Shown here: positions 38,864 through 47,746 of the stretch, in pieces | How positions within the stretch are numbered: the stretch's first letter is position 1 | How the letters are laid out: each line of letters begins with the position of its first letter | From: an uncultured Alphaproteobacteria bacterium | GTDB lineage: Bacteria > Pseudomonadota > Alphaproteobacteria > CAIYWZ01 | Length of the DNA: 64,000 nt | Reading direction: 5' to 3' | NCBI GenBank assembly: GCA_964497925.1 | Contig: CAZCFE010000001.1 | Span: 77,370 to 141,369 of the forward strand | The notes under the pieces: generated by a model | Databases searched by the model: none | Told to the model about the DNA's origin: nothing | What the model saw: the letters and a program-made list of their open reading frames with translations, nothing else | Translations under genes and position numbers: made by a program

Positions 38864-40100
38864 TTTCTTGAATTTTTCCTTCTTTTAAAAATAAAGAAAT
38901 AATAAAAGCAATCGCAACGCAAATAGAAACAGATGATAAAGCAATTCGATAGTCGTTTGTTTCAAAAATTCTTACGCCATCAAGCATTTCGCCTTTCCAG
39001 AACTTATCTAAAATTGCCCCGATAAGAGGCTGAAAAATAACACCGCTGAGCATTGTGACCATATTTGTGATGCCAATGGTTATACCGCTGAATTGAACGG
39101 GCATGTGTGAGCATGTGAATGAAAATGATAAAAATTGACCGCCAATCATAACTCCAACAGCAAATAATAAAACCCCCATGATACTTAAAGGAAGATTTGG
39201 AACAAGCAGAAGAATTGTAAAGGGAATTCCAACTCCAATAGTTGCGATTGTAAGTCCTTTGGTAATGGTGATGAATTTTTCCACTGCAAACGCATAGGCC
39301 AGAGCGCCAATAGCAAGTCCAATATAGATCAGATTGACATATGCGGAGGCTTCAACAGATGAAATTTTGTATGCTTTGACTAAAAAGCTTGCCCCCCAAA
39401 GATCTGCAAATACAGAAAGAGGAGCGTATAGCATAAATCCATAAACGGATCCAAGCCAAACTTGAGGCGTTTTGATTAAATGTTTTAATCCTTCAAAGAT
39501 GTAGGATTCTTCTTTAGTTTGTTTATTTGAAGCTCCATCTTTTGCAATAAACCAAATAAGTAGACCAATTAAGGCACCAAAACAAGAAACGATTAAAAGA
39601 CTTGTTCGCCAGTTGTAATTGTTAGCAAGCATTCGCAAAGGGGCGCCCCCAAAATTTGCCCCCATTGTTCCAAGGAAAATAGTAGCACCTGTAATCAAAG
39701 GTAATTTTTTAGCTGGAAACCACAATGTTCCAAGTTTCATGCTACCAAGAAAAGCGCAAGAGGATCCAACACCAATTAAAAGTCGTCCCATTTGAGCTGT
39801 GCTAAGATCGGTTGATGTTGCAAATAAAGCGGTTGCTCCAGCACAAAGAAGAACAGCAAACGTGAGAAGTTTTCGTGGTCCAAAATAATCAGCAAGAAGA
39901 CCTAGTGGGATTTGAAGGGTGCAATATCCATAATAATAAAATGCTGTTAACGATCCAAAAGCGCATGCCCCAATAGAAAAATCGCGCATGAGATCGTCGG
40001 CCATAACGCTGGGAGAAACACGCAAGATAAATTGATAACAATAGAATAAGGCTGCTGGAAACCAAATTAACCAAGATTTGAATAATGTACTTTGTGTCAT
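38856..40100 (-). CDS. MFS transporter (paralog 1 of a tandem pair)
   Basis: Same architecture as the downstream paralog, and the first ~80 aa are nearly identical to it. The stop overlaps the downstream start by 8 nt. Confidence 0.8.
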   Translation of the reverse strand: MTQSTLFKSWLIWFPAALFYCYQFILRVSPSVMADDLMRDFSIGACAFGSLTAFYYYGYCTLQIPLGLLADYFGPRKLLTFAVLLCAGATALFATSTDLSTAQMGRLLIGVGSSCAFLGSMKLGTLWFPAKKLPLITGATIFLGTMGANFGGAPLRMLANNYNWRTSLLIVSCFGALIGLLIWFIAKDGASNKQTKEESYIFEGLKHLIKTPQVWLGSVYGFMLYAPLSVFADLWGASFLVKAYKISSVEASAYVNLIYIGLAIGALAYAFAVEKFITITKGLTIATIGVGIPFTILLLVPNLPLSIMGVLLFAVGVMIGGQFLSFSFTCSHMPVQFSGITIGITNMVTMLSGVIFQPLIGAILDKFWKGEMLDGVRIFETNDYRIALSSVSICVAIAFIISLFLKEGKIQENV

Positions 40101-40333
40101 GCTTTTTCCTTTGTGAAATTCATTTTATAAATGCAATATACAGGATTTTAAAGCTCAGAGCAGCTTATTTTTTCAACATGATATGTATTTTTAGAAAATA
40201 AAATGATTTTTTATAAAAAATGTATTGCTTTTTATTAAAAAACTGCTGTATAAATTATTTTAGAGAAAAGATCGCAAGAATAATAAAAAGAAGAATCAGA
40301 AAGGAACTTTCTTATTTCTTTTGATAATATTAG

Positions 40334-41755
40334 TCATGCAGCTTGTTTCATTTGTTCTTGTTCAAAAGAGGGGGCATTTTTTTCTTTCTTATAGAACTTA
40401 TGAAACACAAGACCATTGACACAGATTCCAATAAGACCGCTGTCAAAGTCTTGTAAGGCCGAGGGGATGAGTTCAAAATGAGTCCCCAATAGCCATAAAA
40501 TTACAGAACCAATCCCACTTAAGGTCCCTGCCCAGAATGTTCTTGAAGAAGCTTTGGCGCCCATTATGCCAGAAATTAAAGGAACAAGTATAGACGGTGT
40601 CCAAAATTTATATGAATAAAGTAAAATATCAACTACACTGGTAACATAAAGTGCAAAAATAACAGCGATGGCTCCAACAAAAATCGTGGAATATCTTGAA
40701 ATTTGAAGTTCTTGTTTGCCGGTAATTTCTGGATAAAGCGCTTTTACAACGTCGTGTGAGGCTGCAATTCCTGCAGAGTTCAAAAAAGAATCGGCAGAGG
40801 ACATAACAACAGCCATCATTCCGGCAATGGCAAGCCCCTTAAATCCTTCGGGCATAACAGTTTTAATAACGCTTGGAAGAGCTAAATTTGGATCAAGGCT
40901 TTGATCAAGGGTTAGTGCAATTAAACCAATTCCACCGATGGTTAAAAAGAAGGGGATAGAGCAAAATCCACTCCAGTAAGTCCCTTTTGCTGTATGGGAT
41001 AATGTTTTTCCAATAAGCAATCTTTGTACGTAAGGAGGAACAAGCGTTTCTCCGAAAAAAAAGCTTAAAAAAAGACTTAAAACAAGTAAAGGGGATAGCG
41101 TTCCAAACAGATCAAAGTGACTTGTTGGGATGGTATCAATCACGGCTGAAACCCCTCCTACGTGAGAAAATCCAAAATAAAGCGTTAGAGGTAAAGCCAT
41201 AATCAATACGCAAAAATGTAAAACGTCGGCAGCAACAACAGCTTTCATACCACCAAGAGTCGAATATAAAATAACGATAACAGAGCCCAGCAAAATTCCA
41301 GATGTGTGATTCCAATCAGCAAGAACATGTAAAACGTGACCAAAAGCTGCAACTTGTGCCCCTAAAATAGCAGAACAGACCAAGAAAGCAGAAATGCCCG
41401 TAAAGACCCTTGCTCCATGGCCATAAAGTTGATTCATAATGTCGCCAATTGATATTGCATTTTGAAAATTTTTCATACGAGGCGCGAGTATTTTGGCCAC
41501 TAAAATTTCTTTGACGCTGAATCCCCACATTGCAACAACATAAACAAGCCCTATTGAAAACACTTTTTCTGCAAGCCCCGTTGTAAAACCACCACCAATA
41601 AAAGAGGAAGAAAGTGTTGCAAAAATAAAGAAAGATCCGTAATTTCGCCCGCCTGTGGAAAAATCTTCAATTGTTTTAACACCTTTCCCCGCCCATAGGC
41701 CCAGCAAAAGAGTTAATATAAAATATCCACACATCACCATCAGATCCAACGACAT
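40334..41755 (-). CDS. Sodium:solute symporter family (SSS) transporter
   Basis: About 13 TM segments and the N-terminal block GRNYGSFFIFATLSSSFIGGG. The ATG at 41755 is preceded by AAGGGG, whereas the track start is a TTG at 41785. Confidence 0.7.
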   Translation of the reverse strand: MSLDLMVMCGYFILTLLLGLWAGKGVKTIEDFSTGGRNYGSFFIFATLSSSFIGGGFTTGLAEKVFSIGLVYVVAMWGFSVKEILVAKILAPRMKNFQNAISIGDIMNQLYGHGARVFTGISAFLVCSAILGAQVAAFGHVLHVLADWNHTSGILLGSVIVILYSTLGGMKAVVAADVLHFCVLIMALPLTLYFGFSHVGGVSAVIDTIPTSHFDLFGTLSPLLVLSLFLSFFFGETLVPPYVQRLLIGKTLSHTAKGTYWSGFCSIPFFLTIGGIGLIALTLDQSLDPNLALPSVIKTVMPEGFKGLAIAGMMAVVMSSADSFLNSAGIAASHDVVKALYPEITGKQELQISRYSTIFVGAIAVIFALYVTSVVDILLYSYKFWTPSILVPLISGIMGAKASSRTFWAGTLSGIGSVILWLLGTHFELIPSALQDFDSGLIGICVNGLVFHKFYKKEKNAPSFEQEQMKQAA

Positions 41756-41892
41756 TAGAAAACCCCTTATTGTTATTGAGCACAATTAACTGTATGACGA
41801 ATAATTATTGTGTTCAAGTTCTATTTTTTACCTTTTGTTAAGTTTTGGCAATTATGATGAGATGTAATATAATAATATTTAAGAGGTTTGAT

Positions 41893-44169
41893 ATGTTGAT
41901 GAAGAAAATATTGCCGTTATTGTTATTGTCTGGGCCTTTTATATTGCAGGGCAGCGATGCGTCTTCAAAAAATGCCAAGGTAACCTCCATTACAAAAGAA
42001 AAATTTACCAATATATTTGAAAATTCGGGTTCAGATCTTTATGATAAATTAATTGATTTATGGAAAACAAAGGCTCCCTTTAAAACAGAATTTGAAAAAG
42101 TTCGCACGAGATTAAGAAGATTTGGCACGTGTCATCAAAATGCAGATTATTCTGAAAATCCTTCAACAGGCAAAAACTGGACAGCGTGGAGATACGATAA
42201 AACATCTTGTCCAACAGAGAATTTAAAAGAGAGTGATTGGAAAATTCTAAAAATGGAAATCGGGAGCTCAATTTTGCCTGATCATTTCAGACGTTTGACA
42301 ATGAGTTCATTTGAAAGGGCTGTGGGTATTGGAATGTCAGGCCTTGGAATCATAAATGATCCTTCACATCTTACCGCAGACCAAAAAAGGCGTCATATCG
42401 TTTGGGCAGCAATTGGAACTCCCGGCCCTGCATCAGATATTGATACAGTTGCAAATTATCACCCATCAGAAGAAAAGATTTTGCCAAAAATTGTGATTGA
42501 GACAATGGCAAAATCACTTTTTGATACTTTTGGAATTGCAATGTATAATCAGGCAACAGGCGTCAATTTTGACACTGAAAGTTATATTGATGTAACGGCG
42601 GATTTGGATAAACAAAAATATATGCGAAGAATTGCCAGCCCTGTTTATAAAAACCTTTCTTTTACTCTTGCGTTAGTTCAAATTGTTCGTCAGCTTGAGC
42701 ACGGAATTTATATCCAAGTCGCAAAAAACTCAACTCCTACTGAAGAAAAAAAAGTTTTTGATTTGGAGATGCTTACAAAAGCTTGGAAAAATTCCTTGGC
42801 AAACAGATTGCTGACAGATGCAAAAGCTGCTGAGCATACAACGCGTGTTGATGGAACAGCAAAAGAAAAGATTAAGAAGTATCTTCCAATTATTAATCAT
42901 TTAGCAAGAAAAGCAGGAAAATTGGAAGAAACGGATGATTTAGCAGCGTCAAAAATTAAAGGAATTCTTGGAACTTATTTTCCAGAGGCTTATTATACAA
43001 GGGAAGCTTTAGCCCATGTTTGTTATAGCGACGATAGATACAGTCAATTGCTTCTTTCAAAGGCAAGTGAATATTTAAAGAAGAGTGAAACAATAAAAGA
43101 AGAGGAAGTTGATGAGTTTAAAGCCTCTGCAATTACGCCAGATTATTTTATTTATCTTGTAAGTGCTCTTGAAAATTTTGGATATTTTTTACACAAAATT
43201 AACGGAGATAAATCTGCTTATGAATCTTTAAAAGAATCTTCCAAATATCTTTTTAGAATTGCAAGGGCTTTGGCTGGGTATTGGGAGATAAATGTTGATT
43301 TGGAAATGGAAAGACCATCTCGCGTAGTTCAAAATCCAACAGTAAAAGATAATCGCAAAAAATATGTAGTGACATTATTCGAAATTGCTTCAAAATTAGA
43401 GCGATTGAAAAGAGGATTTTTACCATTTTCATCAATAGATGATTTAAAAAGATCTCTCGTAAAAATAGAAAGCGTTTTTGAAGGAAGGCTTAGTAATCAT
43501 GAAGGTTCAAAAAGAGACAGGGCAAATCTTTATTCGACTCATCAAATAGCTTCAAAAATTTTCCAAGCTCATGTCGATATTTACCTTTCAAAAAAACAAA
43601 AGGAAGATAAATTAAAAGAGGTTATTGAAAAGTTGAATTTAGTGGTTGTTTGGAATGAAGAGCTCAAGATGTTTGATTTAGCTCCATCTTTGGTTGAATC
43701 AAGAACCGAAGCTGAAATTGAAGCCGAACAAGATAGAATTGATAATTTATCTGTTAAAGAAAAAAAGATAGCTGTTGCAGAAAAATTGAAAATTTCTTTC
43801 AAAAGAGCCGCCGCATTAGAGTTTGCGTCTTTGTTGAATTTGGTGATTGGTGTTGCCAATGATAGCGGATCTATGAAGAAGCAAAAAATAGTTGAAGAAG
43901 CTAAATTACAGCAAAGTACAGATATGCCCTATTGGCGAGTAAATAAAAAAGATGCAAATATTTTTTCTTTCTCTAAACAAAGAGCTTTTACAGCATCTCC
44001 AATCCAGCTTCAAGAATTCCTTAAGGGTCTGAATTCATTCCTAATTTATACAGTAGCAAACTATCAAAAGAAAAATACGTTTACATTCCAATCGGTTGGA
44101 TTAAATGCTGTGGCGGAAAAAGAGATTAAAAAGTCGACTGCAAAAAGCAGGGATATTGAGCAAAATTAA
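41893..44169 (+). CDS. Secreted 758-aa hypothetical protein
   Basis: ATG at 41893 with an AAGAGG RBS. The signal peptide is MLMKKILPLLLLSGPFILQGSDA. The protein is mostly helical and Lys/Glu-rich and contains the motif IGTPGPASDIDTV (nt 42415-42453). Confidence 0.6.
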   Translation: MLMKKILPLLLLSGPFILQGSDASSKNAKVTSITKEKFTNIFENSGSDLYDKLIDLWKTKAPFKTEFEKVRTRLRRFGTCHQNADYSENPSTGKNWTAWRYDKTSCPTENLKESDWKILKMEIGSSILPDHFRRLTMSSFERAVGIGMSGLGIINDPSHLTADQKRRHIVWAAIGTPGPASDIDTVANYHPSEEKILPKIVIETMAKSLFDTFGIAMYNQATGVNFDTESYIDVTADLDKQKYMRRIASPVYKNLSFTLALVQIVRQLEHGIYIQVAKNSTPTEEKKVFDLEMLTKAWKNSLANRLLTDAKAAEHTTRVDGTAKEKIKKYLPIINHLARKAGKLEETDDLAASKIKGILGTYFPEAYYTREALAHVCYSDDRYSQLLLSKASEYLKKSETIKEEEVDEFKASAITPDYFIYLVSALENFGYFLHKINGDKSAYESLKESSKYLFRIARALAGYWEINVDLEMERPSRVVQNPTVKDNRKKYVVTLFEIASKLERLKRGFLPFSSIDDLKRSLVKIESVFEGRLSNHEGSKRDRANLYSTHQIASKIFQAHVDIYLSKKQKEDKLKEVIEKLNLVVVWNEELKMFDLAPSLVESRTEAEIEAEQDRIDNLSVKEKKIAVAEKLKISFKRAAALEFASLLNLVIGVANDSGSMKKQKIVEEAKLQQSTDMPYWRVNKKDANIFSFSKQRAFTASPIQLQEFLKGLNSFLIYTVANYQKKNTFTFQSVGLNAVAEKEIKKSTAKSRDIEQN

Positions 44170-44209
44170 AAAGAGTGTTGGAAAAATAGTTGGTAAAAAA
44201 AATAATAAA

Positions 44210-45109
44210 TCAAAGGCTGTCGTCGATTGAGGGTGATGAAGAATCAAAGATGGCATGCCTTTCATTGATAAGTAAATTTGAAATAATCTCCCCCCATTTC
44301 TTTTTGACTTGGGGTCTGAATCCTGGAATTTTTTCAAGGTCAGAGTAGGGCTTAAGTGTCCTTGTTACCAGATCTAAAATAAGCCTATCGGACATGATTT
44401 TTTGTCTTGGTATATCATCCTCTTGGGCGATTTCTTCGCGCAATACAACCAGTTTTTCAAGGATCAAAAGTGCTTTTTTAGAGGTGGGTTTGCGTTTGAT
44501 TTTTTTGAGCAAGGAAGGGCCATGAATTTCATTTAAAATAACGCCCTCAAGTCCTACATGTGCATTCTTTAATTTTAAGGGATCTATGTCTTTCATTTTT
44601 TCATATAGCCTGCCCAAATACAAAACATCTAGCGCTGCATAAAAAAGCTGTTCTTGACGCAAAGGACGCAATAACCATTGTGAGAATTGCTCTTGCTTAG
44701 AAAGGGTTATATGAAGGACTGATTCTACTAAATTTGCATATCCAATCTGGTATCCAAGACCGCAGAATCTTGCTGCAATTTGTGTGTCAAACGCAGGGGT
44801 TATTTCTTGTTTAAATAATTTGTTTAAAATTCCTAAGTCTTGGTCTGCTGAGTGAAAAATTTTTAAAATATCACAATCACATAACACTTGAGACAGTCGG
44901 AGTATCTCTTCTTTTAAGGATAAAACGTCAAATAAGAAAATCTGATCTCCGGCACATATCTGGATAAGGGATAAAATAGGCCAGTAAGTATGCACCCTGT
45001 AAAATTCAGTATCAACACCAATCCATGATTGTTCTTTTGCTAAGGAAATAAGCTCCGGCAAAGCGCGGTTAAATTGATCTGAATCTTCAATATATTGATA
45101 CACGTACAA
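44210..45109 (-). CDS. rnd: Ribonuclease D (short form)
   Basis: DEDDy exonuclease blocks IGVDTEF, FHSADQDL and YAALDV, plus one HRDC-like region. The start codon is ambiguous (TTG or GTG). Confidence 0.7.
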   Translation of the reverse strand: MYVYQYIEDSDQFNRALPELISLAKEQSWIGVDTEFYRVHTYWPILSLIQICAGDQIFLFDVLSLKEEILRLSQVLCDCDILKIFHSADQDLGILNKLFKQEITPAFDTQIAARFCGLGYQIGYANLVESVLHITLSKQEQFSQWLLRPLRQEQLFYAALDVLYLGRLYEKMKDIDPLKLKNAHVGLEGVILNEIHGPSLLKKIKRKPTSKKALLILEKLVVLREEIAQEDDIPRQKIMSDRLILDLVTRTLKPYSDLEKIPGFRPQVKKKWGEIISNLLINERHAIFDSSSPSIDDSL

Positions 45110-45240
45110 GGTTTCTTTCTAGATTTAAGTATTCATTAGTATTCTTATTATAATATGAACCATGGAACATTATATACGATATTATGGCAAGGAAACAAGT
45201 TCATGTTTGTTGATTTTTATTTTTTTAAGGTGTTGTCTAG

Positions 45241-47112
45241 ATGAAGCAATCAAATTCTATATTGCTTCGAGCATCAAACTATTTGAAACAAGGTATTTTT
45301 GGTCCGCCCATTCGTCTTTCTGATCATAAAACAGAATTGCTTGGAAAATTCAAAGCTTTGAGTGTTTTGAGCAGTGATGCGTTAAGCAGCGTGGCTTATG
45401 CTTGTGAAGAAATTTTATTAATTCTGATTGGTATTGGAAGTATCATTTTTTTGCTAAATTTATGGATTAGTTGCGCGATTGTGGGGCTAATGTTGATTAT
45501 TATTATTAGTTATAGCCAAACTATTAAAGCATACCCTGATGGGGGAGGTGCTTATACAGTCTGCCGTGAAAATTTAGGGGAAAAGGTCAGTTTACTTGCC
45601 GCATCAAGCCTTCTTTTAGATTATGTTTTAACGGTTGCGGTGAGTGTTTGCGCAGGAGTTATGGCTATAACCAGCATGATACCAAGTTTATCTGCATTTT
45701 CACTTATTATTGCGTGTAGTTCTGTTTTTATAGTCATCATTTTGAATTTGCGAGGTGTTCGTGAGAGTGGGGCAATTTTTGCAATTCCCACATATGGATT
45801 TATTGTTTTGATAGTATGGATGATTATCTCAAGTTTTTTTGTTGAAAAACCTTTACCAAGCTCAACTTCTGGACTTATGTTGTCTTCAGAAATCAGCACA
45901 TTTTTGTTATTGCGTGCGTTTAGTGGAGGATGCACAGCTTTGACTGGGATTGAAGCGATCAGTAACGGGGTAAGAGTATTCACAGAGCCAAGGGCAAAAA
46001 ATGCAGTCATAACATTGCTTATGATGGGGGTTATCTTAAGTTTTCTTTTTGTATCTATCAGTTTTTTGTGTTTGAAATATCAAGTCTTACCAAAGTCAGG
46101 AGAGACGGTTTTAAGTCAAATTGCCCGTATTATCTTTGGGGATGGGGTCGAATATCATAGCGTTCAAATATTCACGGCCCTTATCTTGTTTCTTGCCGCA
46201 AATACGGCTTTTGCTGATTTCCCAAGACTTGTAAGCTTACTTTCCAGAGACGGATATTTGCCAAAACAGCTGATGAACACAGGAGACAGGCTTGCTTTTT
46301 CAAATGGCATTATCCTTTTAGGGGCGCTTGCTATAGTTTTGATTGTTTTATTTAATGCTGATACACATGCACTTATCCCTCTTTATGCAATTGGTGTGTT
46401 TTTAAGTTTCACATTGAGTCAGCATGGCATGCTTGTTCATTGGATGGGAAAACATCCTTTAAAAATGATGATTAATGGATTGGGTGCTGCGTGTTGTTTG
46501 CTGACGCTTTTGGTTATTTCTTATACTAAATTTTTAGATGGAGCTTGGATGGTTTTTTGTATACTTCCTGTTTTTATGCTTCTTTTTTATAAAATAAAAA
46601 ACCATTATGTAAAAATTGATAAAGAGCTTTGTGTGGAAAATGAAGATTTTTTTCTCTTTCAAAAGACCATCTCAAATAAAAATCATTTTAAAATTGTGAT
46701 TCCAGTTAAAAAAATTAATAAGGGCACACTGAGCGCGATTAAGTTTGCACAAACTCTTTCTCATGATGTGACTTTGGTTAATATAGAGCATGATTTAATG
46801 AATTCTGATTTGTATAATGAGAGAAAAAAAATTCAAAGTTTAGCTGAAAAACTAGATTTAAATCTAGAAGTCATTACAAGTCAGTATCGATCTATGATTG
46901 GGCCAATTTTAAATTATATCAATGATTTGGAATCTAAGCTTGATTCTCAGGAGATTGTCATTATTCTTCCAGAGTTCGTGTGTGAAAAACCTTGGCATGC
47001 GTTTTTGCATAATCATACGGCTTTTTGGCTTAAAACATTTTTGATGCAAGAGCGAAAAAAGACAGGAACAACGCGTATTATTATAGATATTCCATATTAT
47101 GTGGAAGGGTAG
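45241..47112 (+). CDS. APC-superfamily permease with a ~170-aa C-terminal cytoplasmic domain (KimA-like architecture)
   Basis: N-terminal block LSVLSSDALSSVAYACEEIL, about 12 TM segments, and a soluble C-terminal domain. Confidence 0.6.
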   Translation: MKQSNSILLRASNYLKQGIFGPPIRLSDHKTELLGKFKALSVLSSDALSSVAYACEEILLILIGIGSIIFLLNLWISCAIVGLMLIIIISYSQTIKAYPDGGGAYTVCRENLGEKVSLLAASSLLLDYVLTVAVSVCAGVMAITSMIPSLSAFSLIIACSSVFIVIILNLRGVRESGAIFAIPTYGFIVLIVWMIISSFFVEKPLPSSTSGLMLSSEISTFLLLRAFSGGCTALTGIEAISNGVRVFTEPRAKNAVITLLMMGVILSFLFVSISFLCLKYQVLPKSGETVLSQIARIIFGDGVEYHSVQIFTALILFLAANTAFADFPRLVSLLSRDGYLPKQLMNTGDRLAFSNGIILLGALAIVLIVLFNADTHALIPLYAIGVFLSFTLSQHGMLVHWMGKHPLKMMINGLGAACCLLTLLVISYTKFLDGAWMVFCILPVFMLLFYKIKNHYVKIDKELCVENEDFFLFQKTISNKNHFKIVIPVKKINKGTLSAIKFAQTLSHDVTLVNIEHDLMNSDLYNERKKIQSLAEKLDLNLEVITSQYRSMIGPILNYINDLESKLDSQEIVIILPEFVCEKPWHAFLHNHTAFWLKTFLMQERKKTGTTRIIIDIPYYVEG

Positions 47113-47138
47113 GGGGATATCTGATATAACTAACCATT

Positions 47139-47537
47139 ATGTTGGATTTAAATTTTTTCATTGGAAGTTGGAGTTTTGAAAGGATCATCTCAAGTCCTGA
47201 AATTATTGTTATGGGCACTTGTGTCTTTGACAAACAGGGGGGCATGATGGAAACGGGTAGTTACCATTTGTGTGGTTCAAATCAAGATTGTTATCAAAAC
47301 TATTTTTATCGGATCGATCAAGAATATTTTTATATTCTAAAGTCTAACAAAGAGATTCTTCATGTTTTTGATACAGCAGATTTTCCAAATTTTCATCACA
47401 CACATCAATGTGGCATGGATTTTTATTCTTGTAATTTTAAAATCACATCAAAGGAATCATTTGAAACTTTTTATGTAGTTCATGGTCCAAAAAAGGATTA
47501 CAGTCTGTCTACCAAGTATTTTAAATTTCCAATGTAA
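47139..47537 (+). CDS. Small hypothetical protein, possibly DUF6314-like beta-barrel
   Basis: Blocks FIGSWSFERII, HQCGMDFY and VVHGPKKDYSLSTKY resemble that family from memory. I have not checked this. Confidence 0.4.
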   Translation: MLDLNFFIGSWSFERIISSPEIIVMGTCVFDKQGGMMETGSYHLCGSNQDCYQNYFYRIDQEYFYILKSNKEILHVFDTADFPNFHHTHQCGMDFYSCNFKITSKESFETFYVVHGPKKDYSLSTKYFKFPM

Positions 47538-47586
47538 AATGAGCTATCGGGGTTATCTTTTGGTCGATAAATAATCTTCAGGGTAG

Positions 47587-47616
47587 TTGACTTCGTGCCT
47601 ATTTTTCGAGTATAAC
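47587..47616 (+). promoter_or_regulatory. Sigma-70-type promoter for the SRP RNA
   Basis: TTGACT at 47587-47592, an 18-nt spacer, then TATAAC at 47611-47616. The RNA 5' helix starts about 7 nt downstream. Confidence 0.5.
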
Positions 47617-47622
47617 AAAAAA

Positions 47623-47712
47623 GAAGGGGTTTTGTGGGCATTTGGCTCGTTAACCCGGTCAGATCAGAAATGAAGCAGCCGTTTCGAAATCAGTGGGTCA
47701 TGATTTCCCTTC
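47623..47712 (+). ncRNA. ffs: Small (4.5S-type) signal recognition particle RNA
   Basis: The conserved helix-8 core GGTCAGATCAGAAATGAAGCAGCC corresponds to E. coli GGUCAGGUCCGGAAGGAAGCAGCC and has a GAAA tetraloop. The terminal helix is GAAGGG/CCCTTC. Its position directly upstream of dnaX-ybaB-recR is classic synteny. The ends are good to a few nt. Confidence 0.85.
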
Positions 47713-47746
47713 GCATTCAATTATTTTTAGGTATCGTTTATTTAGG

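Noticed and set aside
40298-40322. Hairpin AGAAAG-gaa-CTTTCT followed by a T-rich run, considered as an intrinsic terminator.
   Set aside because: It is oriented for plus-strand transcription, but all neighbouring genes are on the minus strand. The stem is short and AU-rich.
45110-45240. Possible c-di-AMP (ydaO/kimA-type) riboswitch upstream of the KimA-like APC permease.
   Set aside because: The spacer is only 131 nt, extremely AT-rich, and lacks the GC-rich conserved helices and ACGGGG-type elements of that riboswitch class.
47693-47746. Track N-terminal extension of dnaX (MGHDFPSHSIIFRYRLFR).
   Set aside because: It overlaps the 3' half of the SRP RNA. The conserved DnaX N-terminus begins at the ATG at 47747.
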